Origin: a virus
Strand: one strand, 5' to 3'
Virus record (IMG/VR): IMGVR_UViG_3300042090_002370
Span: 1-64,000 of that record
Length of the DNA stretch: 64,000 nucleotides
The position numbers and the translations under genes were made by a program. The first letter of the stretch is position 1, and every line of letters starts with the position of its first letter. Shown piece by piece: positions 1 through 10,159 of the stretch. The notes below the pieces were generated by a model. It was not told the DNA's origin. It did not search any database and saw only the letters and a list, made by a program, of their open reading frames with translations.

Positions 1-108
1 AGTGCGGCGAGTGCGGCGGAGAGTGCGGCGGAGAGTGCGGCGTATATTTTGATGGCTGATAAACTCCTTCAACTTCTCAAAGCCGCGCCGCACATACCCT
101 CTACGTGA
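1..108 (+). CDS. 3' end of an Ala-rich repeat phage protein (SAAESAA...YILMADKLLQLLKAA), truncated by the window edge
   Basis: Frame 1 is open to TGA at 106-108; tandem AGT GCG GCG GAG repeats; the stop overlaps a GTG at 105. Confidence 0.7.
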   Translation, partial: SAASAAESAAESAAYILMADKLLQLLKAAPHIPST

Positions 109-266
109 ACTACCACCACTACTGCAACAACTCTCTCCGCTGCCCTGAGTGCGTTCATCGCTTTTGGAAATGGGCAGAGAATTACTCGCGACGGTTCGAG
201 CGGCCTAGGAAAGAACGAAGAGCAAAACGAGAATCGTTTTCCGTCAAGAAAGGAATACTTCGATGA
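105..266 (+). CDS. Small Cys/His-containing hypothetical protein (53 aa)
   Basis: Manual translation MNYHHYCNNSLRCPECVHRFWKW...; GTGA and ATGA overlaps with both neighbours. Confidence 0.55.
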   Translation: MNYHHYCNNSLRCPECVHRFWKWAENYSRRFERPRKERRAKRESFSVKKGILR

Positions 267-1246
267 AGAGCAAGTCTACGTACGTGGTCGGAGTACTGTT
301 TCTATTCACGACAACAGCAGCGCACGCCCAAACTTGGGTGCCGCTACCAGGTACAGTGTGTCGAGACGGGTCGAGTCTTGGGTATACCGTCAACGAAACA
401 GAAGGGTCCACCGACCTGCTCGTGTTCTTGCAGGGCGGCGGTCTCTGTTACGACGAAGTCTCGTGCGCGGCGAATCGCGCCACGGTTCAGCAGCGAGACT
501 TCACGGGAGGGGTCTTCGACCGGGCGGATCCGGCGAATCCGTTCGCGACGTGGACCACGGTCTTCGTGCCTTACTGCTCGGGGGACTTTTGGGTTGGAGA
601 CGCGAGCGACATCACGATCGCGGGCGTGGCTGGCTTACAGCAGTTTCATGGGCGGTCGAACGTTGCCGCGCTCATTGCTTCGCTTACTGCGAGCTTCGCT
701 CCGAAGCACATCGTCGTCGCCGGCTCGTCGGCCGGAGGGTATGGCGCCGCACTGAACTACTCGCGCTTCGCGGCAGCTTTCCCGTCAGCCACCATGCAGG
801 CCATCGACGACTCGGGTCCTTTTGTCGGGGCCCCCGCGCTTGCGCCATGCCTGATTTCAGCATGGTCGCAAGCGTGGGGACTAGGTAGCACTGTCTTCGC
901 GAATGGCGCGACGGATTTCCCATCGGTATTCGCAGAAGAGCGAACATCGGCTCCGAACGTGAGTTTCGGGATCATCGAATCGTGGGACGACTACATCATC
1001 CGTGAGATCCTCGGTCGAGGGCAGAACGGGTGTACGGGGACTGCGCCACTAGACGGTACAACCTTCGACGAAGGGCTTAGCGCGCTCGTTACGCAGTTTT
1101 CTGGAGGCGGGCATTTCTTCCGGTTCTATTACCCAGGCGTACAACATCAAACGCTCTGGTACAGCGCATTCGATACGACCACGCGCCCATGGGGTGACGG
1201 CGGCGTCGAGTTTCTCTCGCAGTGGGTAGGAGCGCTTTCACAATGA
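263..1246 (+). CDS. Secreted pectin acetylesterase/Notum-family alpha/beta hydrolase
   Basis: Signal peptide ending AHA; CRDGS, FLQGGGLC, VPYCSGD, GSSAGG nucleophile elbow, DDSGP. Confidence 0.85.
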   Translation: MKSKSTYVVGVLFLFTTTAAHAQTWVPLPGTVCRDGSSLGYTVNETEGSTDLLVFLQGGGLCYDEVSCAANRATVQQRDFTGGVFDRADPANPFATWTTVFVPYCSGDFWVGDASDITIAGVAGLQQFHGRSNVAALIASLTASFAPKHIVVAGSSAGGYGAALNYSRFAAAFPSATMQAIDDSGPFVGAPALAPCLISAWSQAWGLGSTVFANGATDFPSVFAEERTSAPNVSFGIIESWDDYIIREILGRGQNGCTGTAPLDGTTFDEGLSALVTQFSGGGHFFRFYYPGVQHQTLWYSAFDTTTRPWGDGGVEFLSQWVGALSQ

Positions 1247-1389
1247 AGCAATACAACGACTACGAGACGTCAACACGGGTGTGTAGCTGTGGCGCCCGCT
1301 TCACTTGGTCTGGGCTCGATCCGGCACTCGACGTATGGCTGGCCGAGCATGAAGCGCACGACAACCAATTTTAGAAAGGTTGGTACACC

Positions 1390-2076
<687 letters not shown>

Positions 2077-2078
2077 CC

Positions 2079-2819
2079 ATGACCACGATGAATTTTAGCG
2101 ATCGAATCGACAGACTCCAGACACTGCGCCGCGAGCACCGACTTATCCGAAATAAGTGGGTCGACAAGGACGCCGACGGACAAGAGCTCGCATGCCTCCT
2201 CGCCGCACTCTCCCCGGAGGTTGGGGAGGCAGAGGCTGCCGACGCTTGCCCGGCGGACGTGGTCACGGACTGGTTTGCGCACCTCACACCTTGGATCGAC
2301 GACGCGGGATCGAAAGGGGCCTGGGAGGCGATGGTGTCGCGATACGTGGCGATCGTGTCAGCGTGGCAGACGCTGACACCGGAGCGTGACCGGTGCCTCA
2401 AGTACGCCGTTCGTGCTCTCTGCGTACGTGAGGCGATGCGGCACACGAGTGATGCGTCGGTTCTGGCGGTGTGTCAGCGCGTGGCCCTCTTGTGCGAGGG
2501 GGTGGCGGCCGGCGGGGCTATCGATTCCGAGGCGTTCGTGGAGGCGGAGGAGGCGTCGGCGGCGGCGGAGGCGGCGGCGGCGTCGTCGGCGGCGTCGAGG
2601 GCGGCGACGTCGGCGGCGACGGCGTCGTCGTGGGCGGCGGCGTCGAGGGAGGCGGCGTCGTGGGCGACGTCGTCGGCGGCGGCGTCGGCGTCGTGGGCGA
2701 CGTCGTCGAGGGCGGCCGCGGAGTGGGCGACGGCGGAGGCGGCGGCGGATCGGCTCATCGACGCGATCCTAGGTGCCTGCGAGCGTGAGCTCGGAATCGC
2801 AAAGGAGGGCAGATGTTGA
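2079..2819 (+). CDS. Ala-rich repeat protein, tandem paralog 2
   Basis: Paralog of 1390..2076; GGAGG upstream. Confidence 0.85.
   Translation: MTTMNFSDRIDRLQTLRREHRLIRNKWVDKDADGQELACLLAALSPEVGEAEAADACPADVVTDWFAHLTPWIDDAGSKGAWEAMVSRYVAIVSAWQTLTPERDRCLKYAVRALCVREAMRHTSDASVLAVCQRVALLCEGVAAGGAIDSEAFVEAEEASAAAEAAAASSAASRAATSAATASSWAAASREAASWATSSAAASASWATSSRAAAEWATAEAAADRLIDAILGACERELGIAKEGRC
2538..2747 (+). repeat. GCG-based tract of 70 codons, 69 of them NNG
   Basis: Read directly from the sequence; one GCC exception. Confidence 0.9.
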
Positions 2820-2884
2820 GAAACAAAAGGAGGCGTACGATGCGGCGCAACTAACTGCCTTTCACTTGATGACCGGTGTGTATC

Positions 2885-2933
2885 AAAGGGCCCATGACGC
2901 AAACCACGCGTTCTCTGGGCCCTTTTCTTTAGC
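2885..2933 (+). terminator. Intrinsic terminator
   Basis: AAAGGGCCCA...TGGGCCCTTT stem followed by TCTTTAGC. Confidence 0.7.
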
Positions 2934-2969
2934 CGCGTGATTCGCACGCTGATAGACTCGGAGGACATC

Positions 2970-3599
2970 ATGACGCAACCTCTTCAGCCAGAATGGCGGA
3001 ACTCAGATCCGCTATGCGACCTCGTAAACCGTAAGAGCGCGGACATCGTCATTCTGCGCCCATCCATCAAGATCAAGGGATCGGCCAACAGGAGGAAGGC
3101 CGTAGCACGAGTCGCCAGAGTTCATCGTCGAGTAGCCAACATTCGAAAAGACGCGATCCACAAGATGACGACTGTGATCACCAAGCAAGCGTCCGTCATT
3201 GTGGTTGAAGACCTCAACGTCTCTGGGATGCTGAAGAACCACCGCCTTGCGCGAGCACTGTCCGATGCATCTCTTGCAGAGATTCACCGACAGTTAGCGT
3301 ACAAGTCCAAGTGGAACGGCGTCGAGTTTATCAAGGCGGATCGGTTCTATCCGTCGACCAAGCGATGCTCCGGATGTGGGGCGAAGAAAGAGATACTGTC
3401 GCTCTCAGAGCGAACGTACCGCTGCGAGTGTTGCGGTCTTGTTATTGACCGAGACCTGAATGCGGCGATCAACTTGAAGATGTGGCCGACAGTTGCGTCG
3501 GCGTCAGCCTGTTGTCCTGGAAGCTCTGGCCGGACTCTTCAGAGCCCGACGAAACTTCTGGTTGGGCAGGAACGAGCCGGTGAGGTTCAGGATGTCTGA
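2970..3599 (+). pseudogene. tnpB: 5'-truncated TnpB (IS200/IS605/IS607 OrfB) fused to an unrelated ~35-aa N-terminus
   Basis: VIVVEDLNV (RuvC-II), FYPSTKRCSGCG...CECCG zinc ribbon, DRDLNAAINL (RuvC-III); RuvC-I, WED and REC regions absent. Confidence 0.85.
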
Positions 3600-3621
3600 T
3601 CCTTACCACTTCGGAGAACGG
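3070..3621 (+). mobile_element. Right-hand remnant of a TnpB-carrying IS element, probably IS607-like; putative right end GGAGAACGG
   Basis: TnpB C-terminal tail (SACCPGSSG...GQE) followed by GGAGAACGG at 3613-3621; left boundary approximate; no transposase in the window. Confidence 0.55.
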
Positions 3622-3627
3622 TTAACG

Positions 3628-4065
3628 ATGCTGCTCAAACCCGAACAACTCACGCGCGAACAAACAGAGAAAGACCGAGCCTTCCAAAACGAGATCGTCG
3701 AGATCGCCACGCAACGAGACAAGTTGCGTCAACAGCTCGAAAGGGTCGATGAACGGCTCATGCACGCCATCAACCTCCGGGACCTGAAACACTGCGAATG
3801 GGCCGGTGACCCTAGCTTCGCTATCATCGCACCCACCTTTGAATTGCCGCAAGCGGACAAGATGACCGTGGACGAGTACCGCTCGACCTTGGTCTTGATG
3901 AAGGCCCGGGCTGCACGGCTCAAGGAGCTAACACAGAGGTACCCGGTCTACTTGGTGATGGCTGGCCGCGGTTACCGCTTTCAGTCTCCGCAGGAGATCG
4001 TCCAGTTCGTTTCGATGCTTGAAGCTGAGATTGCTCGCTACGATGCCGCCGCCGCCGCTGCCTAG
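3628..4065 (+). CDS. Hypothetical coiled-coil protein; possibly the 3' part of a gene split by the IS remnant
   Basis: ORF track 3493..4065; ATG at 3628 just after the putative IS end (alternative start 3592). Confidence 0.6.
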   Translation: MLLKPEQLTREQTEKDRAFQNEIVEIATQRDKLRQQLERVDERLMHAINLRDLKHCEWAGDPSFAIIAPTFELPQADKMTVDEYRSTLVLMKARAARLKELTQRYPVYLVMAGRGYRFQSPQEIVQFVSMLEAEIARYDAAAAAA

Positions 4066-4159
4066 CAACACCGGGAAGCTGTTGTTCGATTCAGCGTGTA
4101 AGCTCGACTTGAAGTACGACCCGCTGTCGATTGACGAAAGCTTCTGCTGTGGAGGTCGT

Positions 4160-4432
4160 ATGGCGTTGGAGCCTGGTGTGGCCACAGAACGACGCGAGAT
4201 CAAGCCGTTCCGCTTGAACTTCATCCGAGCCAACGACTTCCACCGTGTCGAACTCCGAGGTCGTACCGCCCAGACGCTTTTTCTAGCAGGTCCCCGAACG
4301 CAGGACTGGGGCTTTCTCGATCCAAAGACGGGGGAGTACTTGCCCTGGAAGGTGCACATGCAGCTTCGAGGTCAGACGACCGAGAGCGAACGTGCACCGC
4401 AAGAACTGCGAAGGGAGGCGAAGCATGTTTGA
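4160..4432 (+). CDS. Cupin-like phage protein, apparently the C-terminal half only
   Basis: DFHRVEL...TLFLAGPR...WGF motif; GGAGG before ATG 4160. Confidence 0.5.
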   Translation: MALEPGVATERREIKPFRLNFIRANDFHRVELRGRTAQTLFLAGPRTQDWGFLDPKTGEYLPWKVHMQLRGQTTESERAPQELRREAKHV

Positions 4433-4997
4433 CTACAGGGTGCAGGTGCTCGATCTCCTGAAGCTTCACTCGGTGAAGGTCGCGAAGCCGGGGGCAGAAC
4501 TTTTCAAGCTGACGTCCGGGGAGATGAGCCGGTTCTACATTGATGTGAAGAAGACTGCGCTCTCCTCGAAGGCTCACCTCCCCCTAGCGTACCTGCTCTA
4601 CGATGAGCTGGCCCACGGGGAGTTCGGTCCCGTCGAGGCTGTGGCAGGGGTTGCCCTCGGGGGTTGCCATCTAGCCAGCATTGTGGGCCTCTACGCTGTC
4701 CTCCAAGGGCAGACGCAGCTTGACGTCGTCTACGTCCGCAAGGAAGCCAAAGACCACGGGGCGATGAATCTGGTTGAGCACCCAGCGATGACCAAAGGTG
4801 CGCGCGTGGTTCTGCTCGAAGACGTCGTCACGACGGGAGGATCATCCGTGAAGGCCTCGGGGCATCTCACCGAGGTAGGCTACGATGTTCGTGGTGTCTT
4901 GGCTGTGATAGACCGGAGGGAGCATCGAGCTCCCGTTCTGTCGAACGGCTTGCCGATTCGCTCGATCTTCACGCTAGACGATTTTCACTCGGAGTAG
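4425..4997 (+). CDS. pyrE: Orotate phosphoribosyltransferase
   Basis: FKLTSG..S.FYID, VRKEAKDHG loop, VLLEDVVTTGGS PRPP-binding motif. Confidence 0.88.
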   Translation: MFDYRVQVLDLLKLHSVKVAKPGAELFKLTSGEMSRFYIDVKKTALSSKAHLPLAYLLYDELAHGEFGPVEAVAGVALGGCHLASIVGLYAVLQGQTQLDVVYVRKEAKDHGAMNLVEHPAMTKGARVVLLEDVVTTGGSSVKASGHLTEVGYDVRGVLAVIDRREHRAPVLSNGLPIRSIFTLDDFHSE

Positions 4998-4999
4998 CC

Positions 5000-7900
5000 A
5001 TGTCCTTCGTCCCTGCAGCCGCCCCCTACACATCCGCCGAGATACAAGCTGTTGTGATGCAGCTCGTGCAGAGCTCTATCAATTACCCCGTCGACACGCT
5101 GGGGGTGAGAAGAACCGACTTGACCTTCGGAGACTTCCAACAAGCGGCGGCCGGAATCTTCATATTGTTTACGGATGCGCCATTCTATGTGTTGTGGTTG
5201 GGAACACAACGACTGAATGATGCGATTACAGCGGAGGCTAGTATCTGCGCTCAGCTGCTGTCTGCAATACAAGCGCTGGGTACGCCTGTCTCGCCCATCA
5301 CTGATGTAACGCCGCTCTTCAACGCTCAAGCCGCTCTGGCCAATCTCGGTGCGGCCGCAGCTCAGCGCGGAGGTACATTTACGAACATCCAGGCTACGCC
5401 AGGCTTCCAGCAGCTGATGAAGAGCACGCAGGCTTTCTTGAAGGGGCCTGGGCAGAACGTGGTGTCGCAGGGGCAGATCGTGCAGACGCCTCAAGCCGCC
5501 CGACAGTCTATCCCCGGTCTTGTTACGCAGCTTCAACAGGCGCACGCCGCGCTCATTCAGAGCGTGCAGAAGCTGGTGGACGGCATCGAGAACTACAACA
5601 GCGTCAATCTGCCTGCTGTGGTCTCTTCGAGCGTGCTCGCGAATGCCTCGAGTCTTGTGGGCAACGATGCGAACGTGATGAATAGTTTGACGCCGTCCGC
5701 GCGGCTACAGCAGGTGCGCCAGGTTGTACTCAACCTCATCGCGACACAGACCGTGGTGCAGACCTATTGTTCCTTCAGCGGACCAAGCCAGTTCATCCCG
5801 CTTACGGGAGTAGGTATGCCCTACTCCGATGCGCTGCATCTGGCTACGCCGGCGACTGCGGTGGCGACCCTTGGTGGAGGGGCCGCCATCGTGGCGGGGG
5901 TGAGCGATCAGCTCGAGCTCACGATGGACGGCGGAACGCCGTTCACTCTTACTCTTAGCCCCTCATTGGTAGCGACTCTACAAGGGCAGCTCGCTGAGCC
6001 TTTCCTTATTGGAGATGGCGTGAACCCACCAGAGCCGTACGGCCCTCCAACGAACCCGCCTACGCCGACCAACAACATCTTCCAGCTGCATGTTGGTGTT
6101 GTGACTTACACGGCTACGCTTACGACTGGTTTGCAGACGGCAGACCAGGTCGTTGCGGACATCCAGGCCGCGATGCCCTCGAATGTTACTGCGTCGCCCT
6201 ACTACTCCCCGCTCTACTACTCAGGTGGAATCAACATCGCAGCGGGCACGAATACAACCTGGACGCTGCCCGTTTTGGGCATCAGCGACTTCATCGCGCT
6301 CGGCATTACGGCCACGAACTCCACGGTTACCGTGCCGTCAGGCCCCAACGCAGGCACCTTCCCCCTTATCGCCGTAACGAGCAATACCGTTACGGTGACC
6401 GGTACGTTCGTGGCTCAATCGAACGTTCAGGTCGAGATCGGTGCGATCAACCGCAAGGTACAGATCGTCGTTGCAGATACTACGGCCGACATTCTGCTCG
6501 AGACAACGATGACGATACTCGGCACAACTACTACGACCGCGGCTTGTGCTCAGGCTCTTGGCTTCATCCCAGGCATCAGTGCTTCGTGCAAGAGAACAAC
6601 GCCAGACCAAACAGCGGCCTACATCAATACGGTCACTAGCCAAGTAGAAGCAGGTACGCAGAACCAGTATTCGCTCATCGGCGTACCGGCGCATAGCGTT
6701 GTGCTCTCTACAAGCGAGCTCGTCTTTGCTGAGGCGGAGACCATGGGCTCACAGGCTTTCACCGGCACGACACTCACGTATACAGTAGTTAGCCTTACCG
6801 TGGCCGGCTCCGTCAGTACGGGGGACACCATTGCGCTTCGAAGCGGGGACGCAGCTACGAACGGCTACACCATTACGACGGTCAATGGAGAAGCAGCGTT
6901 AGACCACGCACTAGCCGTGGGTGATGTTATCGTGGCTACGGGCTCGTACTCTGGCACCGCGGCAAGCAGTATCGATGCTGAGTACGGGCCCACCATTACC
7001 GCCAACGAGTACGACGTGGTGGACATACCCAGCGGGCAGAATCTGGGGACGTACTTCGTGCAAGGCAATGGTGCTACCGCCATCGACATTATTCTGCAAC
7101 GTCCGCTGCCCTATCCCATGACCGCCGCACAAGGCTCGGTCGATGTAACAGCCAACTACGGGGAGATGTACCTCACGCTCTCAAGCCTCAATACGACAAC
7201 ATTGAGCGCAGTTGAGGTAAAAGGAACTGGTGGCGCGCTATTTTTCGCTTCTGTTCCCTTCACGCAGCTTGGAACCACGCCCTGGTTTCAGCTCCCGAGC
7301 CTGCCACAGCAGCTGCAGCCAGGTGATCTCCTCTACACCTACGCCACGGACTACAACGAGCCTAGCGCTATCTACCTCATCACCGGCGTTGAGACCGGTG
7401 TGGGCACAGGCGTCATTCAGCTGCAGCCAGAGATACCCGATGGAGTGAGCTGGAGCTTCAATGCGCAGCCGCCGCCCTTCGCCCAACTCGCGTATGGGGT
7501 GCAGAACGATTACACCATCGTGCAGATGCAGTGGCAGGCTTGGCTCGAGGCCGCGCCTCAGCAGCCCAACTACTTCACCAACTTCAACGCGGTCTTGAAC
7601 CCCGTGCTGGTGAACACAGCGCCAAGAGCCGTCGACATCGGCAACGCGGTCAACTTCCTCAATGAGCTCTATGGCCTACTTACCACAGCGCAGGCCACGC
7701 TCCTCGAGGAAGACCCGACTGCCACCATCCAAGGCATCAGCGCGACCTTCACTGTTGAGCCCGTGCCCGCCGTCGATACGATGGTCACCACCTATACAGG
7801 TAAGGGCGCTGACCTCGCCGTCGATACTCTCCTGTCGGGCGACTTCGCTTCATTCTTTGGCCTGACGTCGCAGACCTCTAGCTATGCAGGAGCAATGCAG

Positions 7901-8173
7901 GCGGCAATACAAGCGGTCGCAATGAACGACCTGCCTATCAGGAAGATCAACCGCAGCATCGTGCAGACCAGCCAGATCATCGGCACTACGGCTTCGCCTG
8001 ACCTCGAGTACACAGCGAACAGTGTGACCGAGCAGCTCCAAGGCGATCAGCCCAACCCGCCTGCAGCGCTTGGAAGTGGGGTACCAAGTTCATACGGCAC
8101 AACCATTGGCATGCCCGCTACAGCAGGCGCCCAGACTAGTAATCAACCTACGCCAGGGAGCGGAAATACATGA
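5000..8173 (+). CDS. Large putative virion structural protein (1057 aa)
   Basis: Thr/Val/Ala/Gly-rich and Lys-poor, like the baseplate cluster proteins. Confidence 0.65.
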   Translation: MSFVPAAAPYTSAEIQAVVMQLVQSSINYPVDTLGVRRTDLTFGDFQQAAAGIFILFTDAPFYVLWLGTQRLNDAITAEASICAQLLSAIQALGTPVSPITDVTPLFNAQAALANLGAAAAQRGGTFTNIQATPGFQQLMKSTQAFLKGPGQNVVSQGQIVQTPQAARQSIPGLVTQLQQAHAALIQSVQKLVDGIENYNSVNLPAVVSSSVLANASSLVGNDANVMNSLTPSARLQQVRQVVLNLIATQTVVQTYCSFSGPSQFIPLTGVGMPYSDALHLATPATAVATLGGGAAIVAGVSDQLELTMDGGTPFTLTLSPSLVATLQGQLAEPFLIGDGVNPPEPYGPPTNPPTPTNNIFQLHVGVVTYTATLTTGLQTADQVVADIQAAMPSNVTASPYYSPLYYSGGINIAAGTNTTWTLPVLGISDFIALGITATNSTVTVPSGPNAGTFPLIAVTSNTVTVTGTFVAQSNVQVEIGAINRKVQIVVADTTADILLETTMTILGTTTTTAACAQALGFIPGISASCKRTTPDQTAAYINTVTSQVEAGTQNQYSLIGVPAHSVVLSTSELVFAEAETMGSQAFTGTTLTYTVVSLTVAGSVSTGDTIALRSGDAATNGYTITTVNGEAALDHALAVGDVIVATGSYSGTAASSIDAEYGPTITANEYDVVDIPSGQNLGTYFVQGNGATAIDIILQRPLPYPMTAAQGSVDVTANYGEMYLTLSSLNTTTLSAVEVKGTGGALFFASVPFTQLGTTPWFQLPSLPQQLQPGDLLYTYATDYNEPSAIYLITGVETGVGTGVIQLQPEIPDGVSWSFNAQPPPFAQLAYGVQNDYTIVQMQWQAWLEAAPQQPNYFTNFNAVLNPVLVNTAPRAVDIGNAVNFLNELYGLLTTAQATLLEEDPTATIQGISATFTVEPVPAVDTMVTTYTGKGADLAVDTLLSGDFASFFGLTSQTSSYAGAMQAAIQAVAMNDLPIRKINRSIVQTSQIIGTTASPDLEYTANSVTEQLQGDQPNPPAALGSGVPSSYGTTIGMPATAGAQTSNQPTPGSGNT

Positions 8174-8294
8174 AGCGATTATACGTCGCAGGAGGTGCTG
8201 TGTTACAGCTTCTACCAACAGACTTCGTCCTCAATCTACCCATCAACCACGGCATTGCTCTTGGTATTGAGATGGGACACAGGGAGATGGGCTG

Positions 8295-8639
8295 ATGCTC
8301 GACTCTTCTTACTACCAGTGGACGATGGGGGATGCGACGATGTTCGTGCGCAAGCTCTCTGAGATCGTGGTTCCATTCGGTTACGAGGTTGCCATCGCTG
8401 GCTCCGTGCTCAAGACAGGGCGCAGTATGAAGAACCTCGACGTTGTTCTCTTCCCCACCTGCATCGGCAAGGAGGATGAGAAGAGCCTAACAAATGCGCT
8501 GCAGGCATTCGGCATGAGGATGACGCACGGTGCCGAACGTGTGCGCAAAGGCTGGGGTGAGAAGGGCGCGAGGGACACCAAGCATATAGAGGTGTGGGAT
8601 TACAACGGGAAGAGGGTTCACCTCTTCTTCTTGAAGTAG
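8295..8639 (+). CDS. Minimal nucleotidyltransferase-like protein
   Basis: VAIAGSV...KNLDVV resembles the Pol-beta GS...DxD motif with the first Asp replaced by Asn. Confidence 0.5.
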   Translation: MLDSSYYQWTMGDATMFVRKLSEIVVPFGYEVAIAGSVLKTGRSMKNLDVVLFPTCIGKEDEKSLTNALQAFGMRMTHGAERVRKGWGEKGARDTKHIEVWDYNGKRVHLFFLK

Positions 8640-8648
8640 GAGGCAATC

Positions 8649-8888
8649 GTGAGTGAAGATACAAGACGCGCGCTGTCTAAGCCTGGTGCTGCGTCAGCTA
8701 CAGAGGTCGAGTTGGGTAGAACAGAGCGAACACGCGCTGGCTACTGGGTACGGTTAGGGCGTGTGGAGTTCGAGGGTGAGGGCCTACGTGTACGCATCTC
8801 GTTGAACCGCGGCGATACGTTCGTACGGCACCTTGATCTCACACAGGAGCTCGCGCATGGCCTCTGCGGCCTGCTGAAGAAGCTGTAG
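8649..8888 (+). CDS. Hypothetical protein
   Basis: ORF with GGAGG RBS. Confidence 0.55.
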   Translation: MSEDTRRALSKPGAASATEVELGRTERTRAGYWVRLGRVEFEGEGLRVRISLNRGDTFVRHLDLTQELAHGLCGLLKKL

Positions 8889-8968
8889 TGCCGAAGAGAG
8901 CCTGCGGTCATCCATATGGCCTGCGGCGCGTTGACGCCGCCACAAGGTTCTGGTTTGAAGGAGATACA

Positions 8969-9295
8969 ATGAAAGAGTTTAGAACGAAGTTCCTCGTCTC
9001 CAAGAATGCCGCGAAGGCTACGACGACGGCGCCGGTGAATAGCGGCCCGCAACAACCCCAGCTCACGCGCAAGCAACGTCGAGCCAACGCCACATCACAC
9101 CGCCTGCTCACGCAGAAGATCAACAAGGCAACCGAGCTCGGTCGCCCAGTCTCCATTCAGCAGGGCAGGGGCGGTAGGCTCGAAGTCGTAGTGGGTAAGG
9201 CGAAGAAGCCAGACCCTGGCCCTCAGCCTGGTGAGGTCATTACCGAGGTCTCTGGTAACACGCTGCCCGAGCTACCAACACCAGAGGTAGAATGA
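8969..9295 (+). CDS. Hypothetical basic protein
   Basis: AAGGAG RBS before ATG 8969. Confidence 0.6.
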   Translation: MKEFRTKFLVSKNAAKATTTAPVNSGPQQPQLTRKQRRANATSHRLLTQKINKATELGRPVSIQQGRGGRLEVVVGKAKKPDPGPQPGEVITEVSGNTLPELPTPEVE

Positions 9296-9415
9296 GCGCC
9301 GATCTTGTTCGCCGGCTCGACGCTGCTATGAAGAAAGCTGGAATACCCGTGGCGCTTGGTGCGCGTTACGACAGTGCGCTCCAGATCGTCGCCTACGAGT
9401 TGGAGGGTACCGCTA
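9292..9415 (+). pseudogene. 5' fragment of a small gene interrupted by the M14 cassette
   Basis: ATGA-coupled to the upstream gene; joins in frame with 10158..10307 if the insert is removed. Confidence 0.65.
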
Positions 9416-10159
9416 CTAATGGCCGAAGGTCCCGGCCTTTGGCGCACCGACGCTATCCACTCAATCGTCATGTACGACCACCTCTCATTCCAAGAGTTTC
9501 ACGACCGCGTCAACATAGCTGCGAGCAGACACGCTGGCTCCGTGCAGTGGCTTGACAACGGCGGCGCCCAAGTTCGAATCGGAGATCAGCACCTCCCGGC
9601 CATTTGCATCGTAAGCGGGCTTCACGGCGACGAGCGAAGCGGCCCAATCGCGATCCTCCGACTCCTCGAGCGAGCAAATCTACTGCTGCCTGTGGGCTAC
9701 TCGCTACTGGTGTTTCCACTGGTCAACGACGTGGGATGGAACGCGCGGACACGAGAATGGAGCACCCTCGATCTGAATCGCAGCTTCGGTTTACCCCACG
9801 CTCCGAAGTTCCTCCAGCAGATCGCTGACGAGATCGCGCGTAGCCGACCGCCTGGGTTCCTCGATCTGCACGAGGACTCCGATACGGATTTTCCCTACAT
9901 CTTTCGATACCTGAGGGACGATCCTGAATTCGCTCTCGAGCTGCAGGCGGAGTTGAGCGCAAGAGACGAGTGGTGGGACGACAATCCCGGCTGGGCGGGT
10001 GCGAGCGAGTGCCACGCCCGCGCGCATGGGTCGCGTGTCGCCGCTACGCTGGAGGCTCCGCCCGTCTGGGCGCTCGAGCGACGGGTCGAGTGGAATATGA
10101 AAGCTGTCGAGGTCGGAATCGCATGCATGCCGCGCCATCTCGCGCGGGTTGCCCGCTAA
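9416..10159 (+). mobile_element. Transposase-free gene cassette carrying the M14 peptidase
   Basis: Direct repeats CCGCTA (9410-9415, 10153-10158) and CTAA (9416-9419, 10156-10159); hairpins with CTAA loops at both junctions. Confidence 0.6.
9470..10159 (+). CDS. M14 metallocarboxypeptidase / succinylglutamate desuccinylase-like protein (alternative start 9419)
   Basis: GLHGDE zinc motif, DLNRSF, FLDLHED. Confidence 0.85.
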   Translation: MYDHLSFQEFHDRVNIAASRHAGSVQWLDNGGAQVRIGDQHLPAICIVSGLHGDERSGPIAILRLLERANLLLPVGYSLLVFPLVNDVGWNARTREWSTLDLNRSFGLPHAPKFLQQIADEIARSRPPGFLDLHEDSDTDFPYIFRYLRDDPEFALELQAELSARDEWWDDNPGWAGASECHARAHGSRVAATLEAPPVWALERRVEWNMKAVEVGIACMPRHLARVAR

